A stretch of 64,000 nt of DNA from a virus (lineage: Duplodnaviria; Heunggongvirae; Uroviricota; Caudoviricetes): IMG/VR virus record IMGVR_UViG_2734482790_000004. One strand, 5' to 3'. The notes beneath the pieces are model-generated. The model made no database searches, was not told where the DNA came from, and was given only the letters and a program-made list of their open reading frames with translations. The translations under genes and the position numbers were made by a program. Every line of letters starts with the position of its first letter. Positions within the stretch are counted from its first letter, which is position 1. Positions 54,198 through 64,000 of this stretch are shown one piece after another.

Positions 54198-55787
54198 ATG
54201 TCTCAATATTCAATTCAACAGTCATTAGGTAATGCATCCGGCGTCGCGGTTAGCCCGATCAATGCCGATGCGACGTTATCTACCGGTGTTGCATTAAATA
54301 GCAGCTTATGGGCTGGTATTGGCGTATTTGCGCGTGGCAAGCCGTTTACTGTTCTTGCGGTTACTGAGTCCAATTACGAAGATGTTCTCGGCGAACCGCT
54401 GAAGCCGTCTTCCGGCTCACAGTTCGAACCAATTCGCCATGTATACGAAGCTATTCAGCAAACGTCTGGTTATGTTGTTCGCGCTGTTCCGGATGATGCG
54501 AAGTTCCCGATTATTATGTTCGATGAATCAGGCGAACCGGCTTACAGTGCGTTGCCATACGGTTCTGAAATTGAACTTGATAGTGGCGAAGCCTTTGCTA
54601 TCTACGTTGATGATGGTGATCCGTGTATTTCACCTACCCGTGAGTTAACCATCGAAACGGCAACAGCGGACAGCGCGGGTAATGAACGCTTCCTCTTAAA
54701 ACTGACCCAGACGACTTCGCTCGGCGTGGTAACGACCCTGGAGACACACACTGTGTCTTTGGCGGAAGAAGCGAAAGATGACATGGGCCGCTTGTGTTAT
54801 CTGCCTACGGCTCTGGAAGCCCGTTCTAAATATCTGCGCGCGGTTGTTAATGAAGAGCTGATTTCGACAGCGAAAGTAACAAACAAAAAATCGTTGGCGT
54901 TCACTGGCGGTACCAACGGCGATCAGTCGAAAATCTCAACCGCTGCGTACCTGCGTGCGGTTAAAGTGCTGAATAATGCGCCGTACATGTACACCGCTGT
55001 TCTTGGCCTGGGCTGCTATGACAATGCGGCTATCACCGCATTAGGTAAAATCTGTGCAGATCGCCTGATTGATGGCTTCTTTGATGTCAAACCGACATTG
55101 ACGTACACGGAAGCGATCTCTGCTGTTGAAGATACCGGTTTACTTGGTACCGATTATGTAAGCTGTGCTGTCTATCACTACCCGTTCTCCTGCAAAGACA
55201 AATGGACCCAATCCCGTGTGGTCTTTGGTCTGTCTGGCGTGGCGTATGCGGCGAAAGCTCGTGGCGTCAAGAAAAACTCTGATGTCGGCGGTTGGCATTA
55301 CTCACCGGCTGGTGAAGAACGTGCCGTCATTGCTCGTGCGTCAATTCAACCGCTGTATCCGGAAGATACCCCGGACGAAGAAGCAATGGTCAAGGGCCGT
55401 CTCAATAAAGTATCTGTTGGCACCTCTGGCCAGATGATCATCGACGATGCTTTAACTTGCTGCACGCAGGATAACTATCTGCACTTCCAGCACGTCCCAT
55501 CCCTGATGAATGCAATCAGCCGTTTCTTTGTCCAGTTAGCCCGACAGATGAAGCATAGCCCGGACGGTATTACTGCGGCTGGCCTGACTAAAGGGATGAC
55601 CAAACTTTTAGATCGCTTTGTCGCCTCCGGCGCTCTGGTGGCTCCTCGTGATCCTGATGCTGACGGTACAGAACCGTATGTGCTGAAAGTTACGCAGGCG
55701 GAATTCGATAAATGGGAAGTAGTCTGGGCCTGCTGCCCGACTGGCGTAGCCCGTCGTATCCAGGGCGTACCGCTGCTTATTAAGTAA
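54198..55787 (+). CDS. Tail sheath protein candidate, 529 aa
   Basis: Size and position in structural block. Confidence 0.45.
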   Translation: MSQYSIQQSLGNASGVAVSPINADATLSTGVALNSSLWAGIGVFARGKPFTVLAVTESNYEDVLGEPLKPSSGSQFEPIRHVYEAIQQTSGYVVRAVPDDAKFPIIMFDESGEPAYSALPYGSEIELDSGEAFAIYVDDGDPCISPTRELTIETATADSAGNERFLLKLTQTTSLGVVTTLETHTVSLAEEAKDDMGRLCYLPTALEARSKYLRAVVNEELISTAKVTNKKSLAFTGGTNGDQSKISTAAYLRAVKVLNNAPYMYTAVLGLGCYDNAAITALGKICADRLIDGFFDVKPTLTYTEAISAVEDTGLLGTDYVSCAVYHYPFSCKDKWTQSRVVFGLSGVAYAAKARGVKKNSDVGGWHYSPAGEERAVIARASIQPLYPEDTPDEEAMVKGRLNKVSVGTSGQMIIDDALTCCTQDNYLHFQHVPSLMNAISRFFVQLARQMKHSPDGITAAGLTKGMTKLLDRFVASGALVAPRDPDADGTEPYVLKVTQAEFDKWEVVWACCPTGVARRIQGVPLLIK

Positions 55788-55796
55788 GGGAATACA

Positions 55797-56612
55797 ATGA
55801 GCAAAAACTTTTTTCAATCCGGGGCATTTTTGGGGAATGGACTGTCTCGTTTCGCTTTGAACTCTGATCCTGTGCAGCTGATGGAGTCTGCCCGAGCAAG
55901 CGCTGAACCGCCAACAGATCCGGTTATTAATAATAATCCGGAACCGGCGGCACAGACTAACGATAACGTTCCATCTGCCCAGGCTCCTGAGCAAATCCTG
56001 GAAGGGAAAGACGGTAAAGAATGGACCGTCGAACAGGCGCACCAGATGATTCTGGAAGCTGCAAATCGAAGTGCTATGCAAAATGCGTTGAGTGATGCGG
56101 CCGACGCCGTTTTCGCCTGGGCTGATAGCGGTGATCTGACTTTCGACTCCCTTGATGGTTTCGTTCAGGCTATCGCTGGTATCTCTGATGACGACGACTC
56201 CGAAGTTACAGAAGAACAGGACGATGCCTATAACGAAGCATGGGCAAATGTTGCTGACTTCCTCGCAGCATGCGGTGTAGATGATGACCTGATCGAAGCA
56301 CTGGCTGACGATGAAGACGACGACGCAGCTGCTGATGTTGGTGCCTCTATCGCTGGTTTAGATAGCGACGACCGCGACGAACTGGAAGCGGCGTTTGTTG
56401 TTGCTGGCACTTCTGATGAAATGCTGACTGAAGCATTTAAGAAGGTTGTTCGTAACGGTGAGATCAAACTCATCCGTAAACGCCTGCGTAAAAAACGTCT
56501 GACTGCGGCTCAAAAATCGGCGCTGAAAAAAGCGCGTCGAAAAGCCCAGACCGGCGCGGCAAAACTTGCCCGCAAAAAGTCAATGAAACTGCGCCGTAAG
56601 CGCCTTGGCTAA
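55797..56612 (+). CDS. Structural protein, acidic centre and basic C-tail, 271 aa
   Basis: Operon context. Confidence 0.35.
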   Translation: MSKNFFQSGAFLGNGLSRFALNSDPVQLMESARASAEPPTDPVINNNPEPAAQTNDNVPSAQAPEQILEGKDGKEWTVEQAHQMILEAANRSAMQNALSDAADAVFAWADSGDLTFDSLDGFVQAIAGISDDDDSEVTEEQDDAYNEAWANVADFLAACGVDDDLIEALADDEDDDAAADVGASIAGLDSDDRDELEAAFVVAGTSDEMLTEAFKKVVRNGEIKLIRKRLRKKRLTAAQKSALKKARRKAQTGAAKLARKKSMKLRRKRLG

Positions 56613-56647
56613 AGGAGGAGGCCGGAGAACTCCGGCCTTTAACTTGA

Positions 56648-57229
56648 ATGGCACCTATTCCTTATGGGGTTTACAGCCAGGCTGACGGTGTATCGCCATA
56701 TCTGAAAGTTACTTTAACGAACTCTCAGTACCAGGTTACCGGATATATCAGCCAGGGAGCGGCAATGAACATGGCCCAGAATTGGGAAGCGCCGTTTACC
56801 GGTATGTCCATGGGATCTGTTGCTGGTGCCTTCAGTGGTTTTGCGCAGGTTGGTACTGAAACAACGTCGGTTGCCCGTTGGAACAGCTTAATGGTTTGGG
56901 AAGGGGGAACACCGCCGACTTTCACGCTGCCAGTAACTTTCATCGCTTTGTTTGACCCATTCACGGAGGTTTCAGGAGCTATCGCCGCATTGTCAGCGAT
57001 GATTAGCCCGGAACTTAAAGATGCCAGTATTGGTGGTCGAATCCCGGAGCGTGTGACGCTAAACATTGGTCGCCGGATCAACATCATTGATGTCGCTATC
57101 CAGGACATAAGTTTCGATCTCGATGCGCCCAGGGACAGCAATGGACATTTCCTGAAAAACACCGTCAACCTCCAGTTGACCGGTTCTTCGATATATAACA
57201 GCTCCGATATTGTTCGGGCGTTCCAGTAA
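56648..57229 (+). CDS. Tail tube-like protein, 193 aa
   Basis: Operon context. Confidence 0.35.
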   Translation: MAPIPYGVYSQADGVSPYLKVTLTNSQYQVTGYISQGAAMNMAQNWEAPFTGMSMGSVAGAFSGFAQVGTETTSVARWNSLMVWEGGTPPTFTLPVTFIALFDPFTEVSGAIAALSAMISPELKDASIGGRIPERVTLNIGRRINIIDVAIQDISFDLDAPRDSNGHFLKNTVNLQLTGSSIYNSSDIVRAFQ

Positions 57230-57240
57230 AAGGATTTTAT

Positions 57241-57750
57241 ATGGGGCACAATAACACTAAGGGAAACCGTAAATTTATTAAGGGCCGCTATACTGCCAAC
57301 GCGGCCAAAGGCGAACGACTGGTATCTTCTGAATTCCAGCTCACTTTTGCAGGCCATGAAGATATCAGCGTACTGGTTCGCACGTCGCAAATTCCTGAAA
57401 TGACCCGCGAGGATGTGGAGGACTATGGTCCGAATGGTGTGAAGTTCAACCAGCACGGTCCAATTCGAAACTCTGGGGAAATCCAGGTCCAGTGCGTGGA
57501 GACTATCGAAGGCGATATTCTTCAGTTCATTAAAGATCGCATTGCGGCGAAGGACTATGTTGATATCACGATGGCTGCTACCCCTGAATCCAAATCTTCC
57601 GGGGTTAACGCTGTGACAAAAGCTGCTACAACAATTGAAATGTTGGACTGCAAAATCTACAGTGATGCAATCGACTTTAGTACCGAAGATGTGACTGCCG
57701 CTGTGCGCCCGTCACTTCGTATCGTCTACAACTGGATTGAGTGGGATTAA
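57241..57750 (+). CDS. Structural protein, 169 aa
   Basis: Operon context; terminator follows. Confidence 0.35.
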   Translation: MGHNNTKGNRKFIKGRYTANAAKGERLVSSEFQLTFAGHEDISVLVRTSQIPEMTREDVEDYGPNGVKFNQHGPIRNSGEIQVQCVETIEGDILQFIKDRIAAKDYVDITMAATPESKSSGVNAVTKAATTIEMLDCKIYSDAIDFSTEDVTAAVRPSLRIVYNWIEWD

Positions 57751-57771
57751 GAGTCATCCCTTGTATTTTAA

Positions 57772-57793
57772 AGCTCCTTCGGGAGCTTTTTTA
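57772..57793 (+). terminator. Rho-independent terminator (AGCTCC-TTCG-GGAGCT plus T-run)
   Basis: Perfect stem, tetraloop, TTTTTTATTT. Confidence 0.7.
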
Positions 57794-57866
57794 TTTGGAG
57801 AGGAAAGGGTGCATTGAGGATACCTGACACACGAAGAGTGGCGAGGATCTCTCCCCGCCAGGTCTC

Positions 57867-58022
57867 TTACCTTTCAGATTCGTAGGCTGTGAAGACAGTG
57901 ACCTCCGTCTGGCCGGTTCGGATTCGTACCTCGCAGAGGTCTTTCCTCGTTACCAGTGCCGTCACAATGACGGTTAAACAGATGACGATCAGAGCGATTA
58001 ATATCGCTTTTTGCTGCTTCAT
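57867..58022 (-). CDS. hok: Hok/Gef-family type I toxin, 51 aa
   Basis: MKQQKAILIALIVICLTVIVTALVTRKDLCEVRIRTGQTEVTVFTAYESER matches Hok signature; AAGGAG SD. Confidence 0.85.
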   Translation of the reverse strand: MKQQKAILIALIVICLTVIVTALVTRKDLCEVRIRTGQTEVTVFTAYESER

Positions 58023-58080
58023 AGCCTGCTTCTCCTTGACCTTTTGGTCGGTAAGAGGCTAATCTACGTATGCTAAGCAT
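57874..58080 (-). CDS. mok-like overlapping reading frame
   Basis: 68-aa ORF in alternate frame covering hok. Confidence 0.35.
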   Translation of the reverse strand: MLSIRRLASYRPKGQGEAGYEAAKSDINRSDRHLFNRHCDGTGNEERPLRGTNPNRPDGGHCLHSLRI

Positions 58081-58356
58081 AGATATTGCCTCAGATTAAT
58101 GTTAAGCGTCTTGCAGGACGCGTAATGTTATCTGGGGCTTTCTTCTATCTGCTTTTCGGGTAATGCCTGAAGCAGATAGCCTCAAGCACCCGCAATGATT
58201 GTATCAATGTCTGGCTTTTTTTCTATAGAAATCACCGGGAAGGGTGAATATCCACATCAGAAGAAATGTTGCAGCAAACATGATCCCTAATGGCCAGACC
58301 GCGCCAAAGAAAATCCATACTGAAAACGCCAAGTGACTCCAGATTAGAGCAATCTA

Positions 58357-59202
58357 TCACCCTCTGAATCCCGCCGGTATACCCCATTGTTCGTTATCTT
58401 TATTTTTGGCTAAAACCGCATTAAGAGCTTCGTTTACCGTCATGCAATGCGGCAGATTATCGAAGTTTGATACCCCGCCAATATCAGGAGAACGCTTGTT
58501 CTTCAGGTAAGCATATTTCCGCGCTGCCGCCTCTACTTTCTGCTTGAACTCATGTTTTTGAGCGCGTTTTTTGGATAACCGCAGATTGTCAGCCTTTGCT
58601 TTTGCCTCAGCGATCCATGAAGTCAATTTTTTGAGTCTGCTCGTTCCGGCACCGCCGGAAACTGATCTTTTTGTTTTTTTAACTTGTGACTTCTTATTCT
58701 TTATTGCCACGTCATCCTGACAGGGGGAGGGGGTATCATTTTGACATGGGGGTGTGGATAAAAAATTAAATAAAGCCAATGTCTTAGCGAGAACAGCTTT
58801 AACCTTGGTTGCCGCTGAAGAGATCTTTAATTTGCTTTCAATCAGCGCATTTTTGGCTTGTTGTGCGAAGGCCAAAAAGGATGGTGTAAACCGGTACAGG
58901 TTAGCGCGACGTTCACGGTGATCGCCGATAACAATCTCTACAGACAGGATTCCTTTGTTTACAGCTTCACGGAATGCACGAACGACGGTTGATTGGCTAT
59001 AACCAGTTTCTGCCGCGATCAGGCGGTGAGGCTTGTGAATGAAGTATTCACTGGTTGTTGCCGCTAGATTTGCACATTGCGACAGGATATGCCCGGCGCT
59101 ACGGGATAGACCGGAGTGTGTTACAAAGCAGGCCAATTCATAGCCAGAAAAAGTAAAATCGCTCATCGTTATACAGCTCAGGAAAGTGACTTTAGCCAGC
59201 AT
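58357..59202 (-). CDS. repL: RepL-like lytic replication protein, 281 aa
   Basis: Size and position after kilA. Confidence 0.5.
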   Translation of the reverse strand: MLAKVTFLSCITMSDFTFSGYELACFVTHSGLSRSAGHILSQCANLAATTSEYFIHKPHRLIAAETGYSQSTVVRAFREAVNKGILSVEIVIGDHRERRANLYRFTPSFLAFAQQAKNALIESKLKISSAATKVKAVLAKTLALFNFLSTPPCQNDTPSPCQDDVAIKNKKSQVKKTKRSVSGGAGTSRLKKLTSWIAEAKAKADNLRLSKKRAQKHEFKQKVEAAARKYAYLKNKRSPDIGGVSNFDNLPHCMTVNEALNAVLAKNKDNEQWGIPAGFRG

Positions 59203-59231
59203 TACAATGCTGGTGGTTCTTACTACGTCTG

Positions 59232-60032
59232 TTAGCGCGTTGCCGCGACAGGTACCAGCACACCAGCATCAAGCAATCGCTTCATCAGCCACTGCTGACC
59301 TTTGCCGGTTATACGAGTCGTGAAAGAAATCCTGCTTCCATTGCTTGTATCGATCACGGTTTCTTTAAGGGTGAAATACCCACGGGATATGTATTCTTGT
59401 TTGGGGACGTTCCTGCGTTCACCGGTTGCGATCAGAATTCCGTTATCACGCAACCAGGTGAAGAGATAGTTTTGGCCCAGACCGAGCACTTTGGCATAGT
59501 TGCCGATTAGAACCCCGCTGGCGGTAGCAACGCGTTCGGCGAATTCGACTTTAGGTGCATCCATAAGCATTTTTTGCTCCAGCCGTTGCTTTTGCTCTGC
59601 CAGGTCGGCAGCCAAACGGAGAGCTTCAGGGAGACTCTGCGGAATAGCAGGTTGTAATCTTCCGGCTCGATAGTCGATAAATGTCTGGTTTACCTTCAGC
59701 CGAAACGCGGGAGAAATCCAGCCTGCGTACTCCACAGCGAGCAATTCATGGGCAAAAGTGCCGCCGCCACGGCCTTCGAACGAAACTATGCAATTCTGCA
59801 TAGTTTCTTTTTCAAGCTCTTCGATGAGCTGTTTGGCTGACAGCGTTCTTAGCCATTGAGCTGGCGCTTTATGGGCACCGAGTCCGCTCGCTCTGTGTAG
59901 AGCATTAAGGTTGTAACGGCCAGCGCGGTCGGTCGTAATTTCAACACCACAAATAACGGGCAGAGTGGTTGAAGGATCGACATTTTGATGAAGGTTTGAT
60001 ATATTCATATCCGCATTGAATGTTTGTTGCAT
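59232..60032 (-). CDS. kilA: KilA-N domain protein with antirepressor-type C-terminal domain, 266 aa
   Basis: C-terminal 120 aa paralogous to ant-like ORF; operator-like site upstream. Confidence 0.55.
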   Translation of the reverse strand: MQQTFNADMNISNLHQNVDPSTTLPVICGVEITTDRAGRYNLNALHRASGLGAHKAPAQWLRTLSAKQLIEELEKETMQNCIVSFEGRGGGTFAHELLAVEYAGWISPAFRLKVNQTFIDYRAGRLQPAIPQSLPEALRLAADLAEQKQRLEQKMLMDAPKVEFAERVATASGVLIGNYAKVLGLGQNYLFTWLRDNGILIATGERRNVPKQEYISRGYFTLKETVIDTSNGSRISFTTRITGKGQQWLMKRLLDAGVLVPVAATR

Positions 60033-60101
60033 TTTTTCTCCAAATTTGCATCAACCTTCAATCACCAGCTCGAAATGGTGATTCTTTGCACTTAGAAAAC
60101 G

Positions 60102-60118
60102 AAATTTATTAGAGCAAA
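60102..60118 (-). promoter_or_regulatory. C1-operator-like 17-mer, 16/17
   Basis: AAATTTATTAGAGCAAA upstream of kilA-like gene. Confidence 0.55.
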
Positions 60119-60196
60119 TTTTTCTGACTCGATCCAGATCGGGTTGGACGATCTGCTCAGAAACCTGCCAGTTTGCTGGCAGGTTTTTTTCTTTTG

Positions 60197-61231
60197 TTAA
60201 CCTATTGCTACTGGTTTTAACAAACCAGCATCAAGTAGCTTGCGAGTTAACCACTGCTGGCCTTTACCCGTTAATTGGGGCGTCAGCCGTATCTGGTAGC
60301 CATTTTCATCATCCAGCACCACTTCTTTCACCGTGAAATACCCGGCGTTGATGTACTGTTGGCGCGGTACGTTTTTGCGCGCTCCAAAAGCCATGAGAAT
60401 GCCATTCTGGCGCAACCATGAGAAAAGGGCGTTTTGCTTAAGTCCAACGACCTTTGCAAAGTTCCCGATCAGGATTCCATTGGCCACTGATACCCGGTCG
60501 GCAAAATCGACTTTAGGGGCTGCGGCCACCAGCTGTTGTTCCAACTGCATTTTCTGTTCTGCTAACTCGGCAGCCAGGCGTAGGGCTTCTGGTAATGTCT
60601 GGGGGATCGATGGGGTAGGGGAGTTTGCCTGCTGTAATTCTTCCAGTTTGTCGATCAGCGAACGGCGGACCGCTTTTGACTCGCGCGCGGCAACTCGCAG
60701 GGCTTGTTTGTAGGTCATGGTTATAATATCTATTTCTGCGCCGTTTTTTTGACCTACGAAAATTTCGTAGGTTTCTCCTTCAAGCTCATCCTTAACTCTG
60801 GCAATGAAATCATTGTTGCGAACTGGTTTTTCGCTACATAATTTCCGTGCCTCATTGACCATCTTCAACAATGTTTGGCTGTCGATTGTGTCTCCGGTGT
60901 TGGAGATGACATTCAGGGCTGGTGCTGGCGTAGCTGAAGCAACAGGTGCTGGTTTTTCAACATTTAAATTATTACCGGTCATTCTATGTGCCTCCTTTCT
61001 CATTTCTGCTGCCACTGTTGCGTAACGTAGACGTCCTTGTTCAATCAAATAATCCCTGATCTCGGCTATCAGTAGCCTGTTGATCACAGCCTTATCTGTT
61101 CGGGTATAAAAACGTCTGGTTATCATGAAATAGTTAGCAATTGCGCCGGGGATCTCCCGTGTCGGCATACAGGCAGTATGCAAGGCGATCGCTTCGGCTA
61201 TTTCATTACGGGTGACGAGAGGTGTTTTCAT
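60197..61231 (-). CDS. ant: Antirepressor Ant-like protein, 344 aa
   Basis: Shares C-terminal domain with kilA-like ORF; coupled to icd-like ORF. Confidence 0.55.
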   Translation of the reverse strand: MKTPLVTRNEIAEAIALHTACMPTREIPGAIANYFMITRRFYTRTDKAVINRLLIAEIRDYLIEQGRLRYATVAAEMRKEAHRMTGNNLNVEKPAPVASATPAPALNVISNTGDTIDSQTLLKMVNEARKLCSEKPVRNNDFIARVKDELEGETYEIFVGQKNGAEIDIITMTYKQALRVAARESKAVRRSLIDKLEELQQANSPTPSIPQTLPEALRLAAELAEQKMQLEQQLVAAAPKVDFADRVSVANGILIGNFAKVVGLKQNALFSWLRQNGILMAFGARKNVPRQQYINAGYFTVKEVVLDDENGYQIRLTPQLTGKGQQWLTRKLLDAGLLKPVAIG

Positions 61232-61449
61232 AAACCCCCCTGAACGTCGGCAGAGAAGGGGAGGCTCCAGTAACTAAGTGAATTGCGCGAGTTAGTTGAA
61301 AAACGGGCAGTAAAAATGCAGGGGCCATCAGGCAATTGAGAGCGTGCTTCGTCTTCTGTTGCTGCGATAACGAAGTGATAGTGGTGTTTTTTACAGGAAT
61401 AGAAACGCCAGATGAATTCTTGGCGTGCGCAAGGATTGGCATTAACCAT
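61228..61449 (-). CDS. icd: Icd-like 73-aa protein overlapping ant start
   Basis: 73 aa, 4-nt overlap with ant. Confidence 0.45.
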   Translation of the reverse strand: MVNANPCARQEFIWRFYSCKKHHYHFVIAATEDEARSQLPDGPCIFTARFSTNSRNSLSYWSLPFSADVQGGL

Positions 61450-61700
61450 AGTTACGGCCTCGTAAGTTGATAAACAACCTGCGACCCGCTGCTAAACAGG
61501 TGGCAGGACGTGACGGGGTTAGCAGACTGGCACTTACGAAACCAGCAGGCCGAAGCCTCCCCATCACGCCCCACCATAATTCGGGCGTAACGTGGTTTAC
61601 GGACACAAAAATACCGCAATATCGGAAATCTGCGGTTGTCCGCGTAAGTATTCAGGCTGCTAAACCCGGTCGCAGAATTTGCTACGACGGCGGAACTATA
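61450..61700 (-). ncRNA. Expected position of c4-type antisense RNA (immI), not delimited
   Basis: Non-coding stretch between operator-like site and icd. Confidence 0.2.
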
Positions 61701-61761
61701 AGCCTGAACGATTAAAAGGTCAATATGATGCGAAAAGATAGCATTCGCGACTTAAAAATAC

Positions 61762-61778
61762 AAATTTATTAGAGCATT
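61762..61778 (-). promoter_or_regulatory. C1-operator-like 17-mer, 16/17, at head of immI-like operon
   Basis: AAATTTATTAGAGCATT. Confidence 0.55.
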
Positions 61779-61874
61779 GCATGCTTAATAAATACACAAT
61801 TGGATCTAATAACCTCTTTTTTTTAAAGGCGAAAATATGTACCCTAAATGAGTTATAAGGCAGGTGAGGTTATA

Positions 61875-63669
<1,795 letters not shown>

Positions 63670-64000
63670 ACAGAATAAGTCGCAAGATTGTTTAACATAA
63701 ATGGGTAGCAATGAGCGTATTTGGGCTGTTTACAGCTTAAGCAATCGCTCTTGCTACCTTTTTTTTGTAAGAATATCAATAGGTAAAATGAGGCTATCCG
63801 GAATGTTGCTTCCTGGTTTAGACAGAGATTTTTCCTTGTTTTCATGACTGTTTAAGGGGAGAATAGCGGAATAGCATTTTGTGCCTACCTCGGTAAAATC
63901 AGGCCTCTGTTCTCACACTTGGAACAGTTAACATTGTTATTGTTTTCAGTACACTGGTAGCTGGAGAGCCAGGGGCGGTAGCGTGTTCAGAATTCAGCAT

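Overview
This window reads as a contiguous segment of a P1-family temperate phage / phage-plasmid (Enterobacteriaceae), in reverse orientation to the usual P1 map. All calls come from reading the sequence and the ORF track against remembered protein families and the P1 map; no database search or folding was possible. Recognised backbone: darB, ulx/lxc-like ORFs, a mat-like ORF, ref, cre with a perfect loxP, coi, c1, pacB/pacA with a TGATCA-hexamer pac site, lpa, doc/phd, a Dam-family methyltransferase, tRNA-Asn/Thr/CAT, a DnaB-like helicase (ban), baseplate/tail and spanin-like genes, an iteron replicon (DnaA box, oriR iterons, repA, incA), parA-parB-parS, head/sheath genes, an immI-like block (icd, ant, kilA, repL) and about 15 C1-operator-like 17-mers. 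Apparent accessory cargo: (1) an AT-rich islet with a stand-alone SIR2-like gene where P1 carries EcoP1I res/mod, which is my best candidate for an undescribed defence gene; (2) an EcoR124-like type IC hsdM-hsdS-hsdR whose hsdS is frameshifted in a G6 tract; (3) a T5orf172/GIY-YIG-like gene between incA and parA; (4) a hok/mok toxin module; (5) an IS5-family element. Unexplained items: an array of covarying stem-loop RNA modules around the tRNA genes, a C5-methyltransferase split between two distant ORFs, and an SD-driven 28-aa hydrophobic peptide behind a C1 operator.
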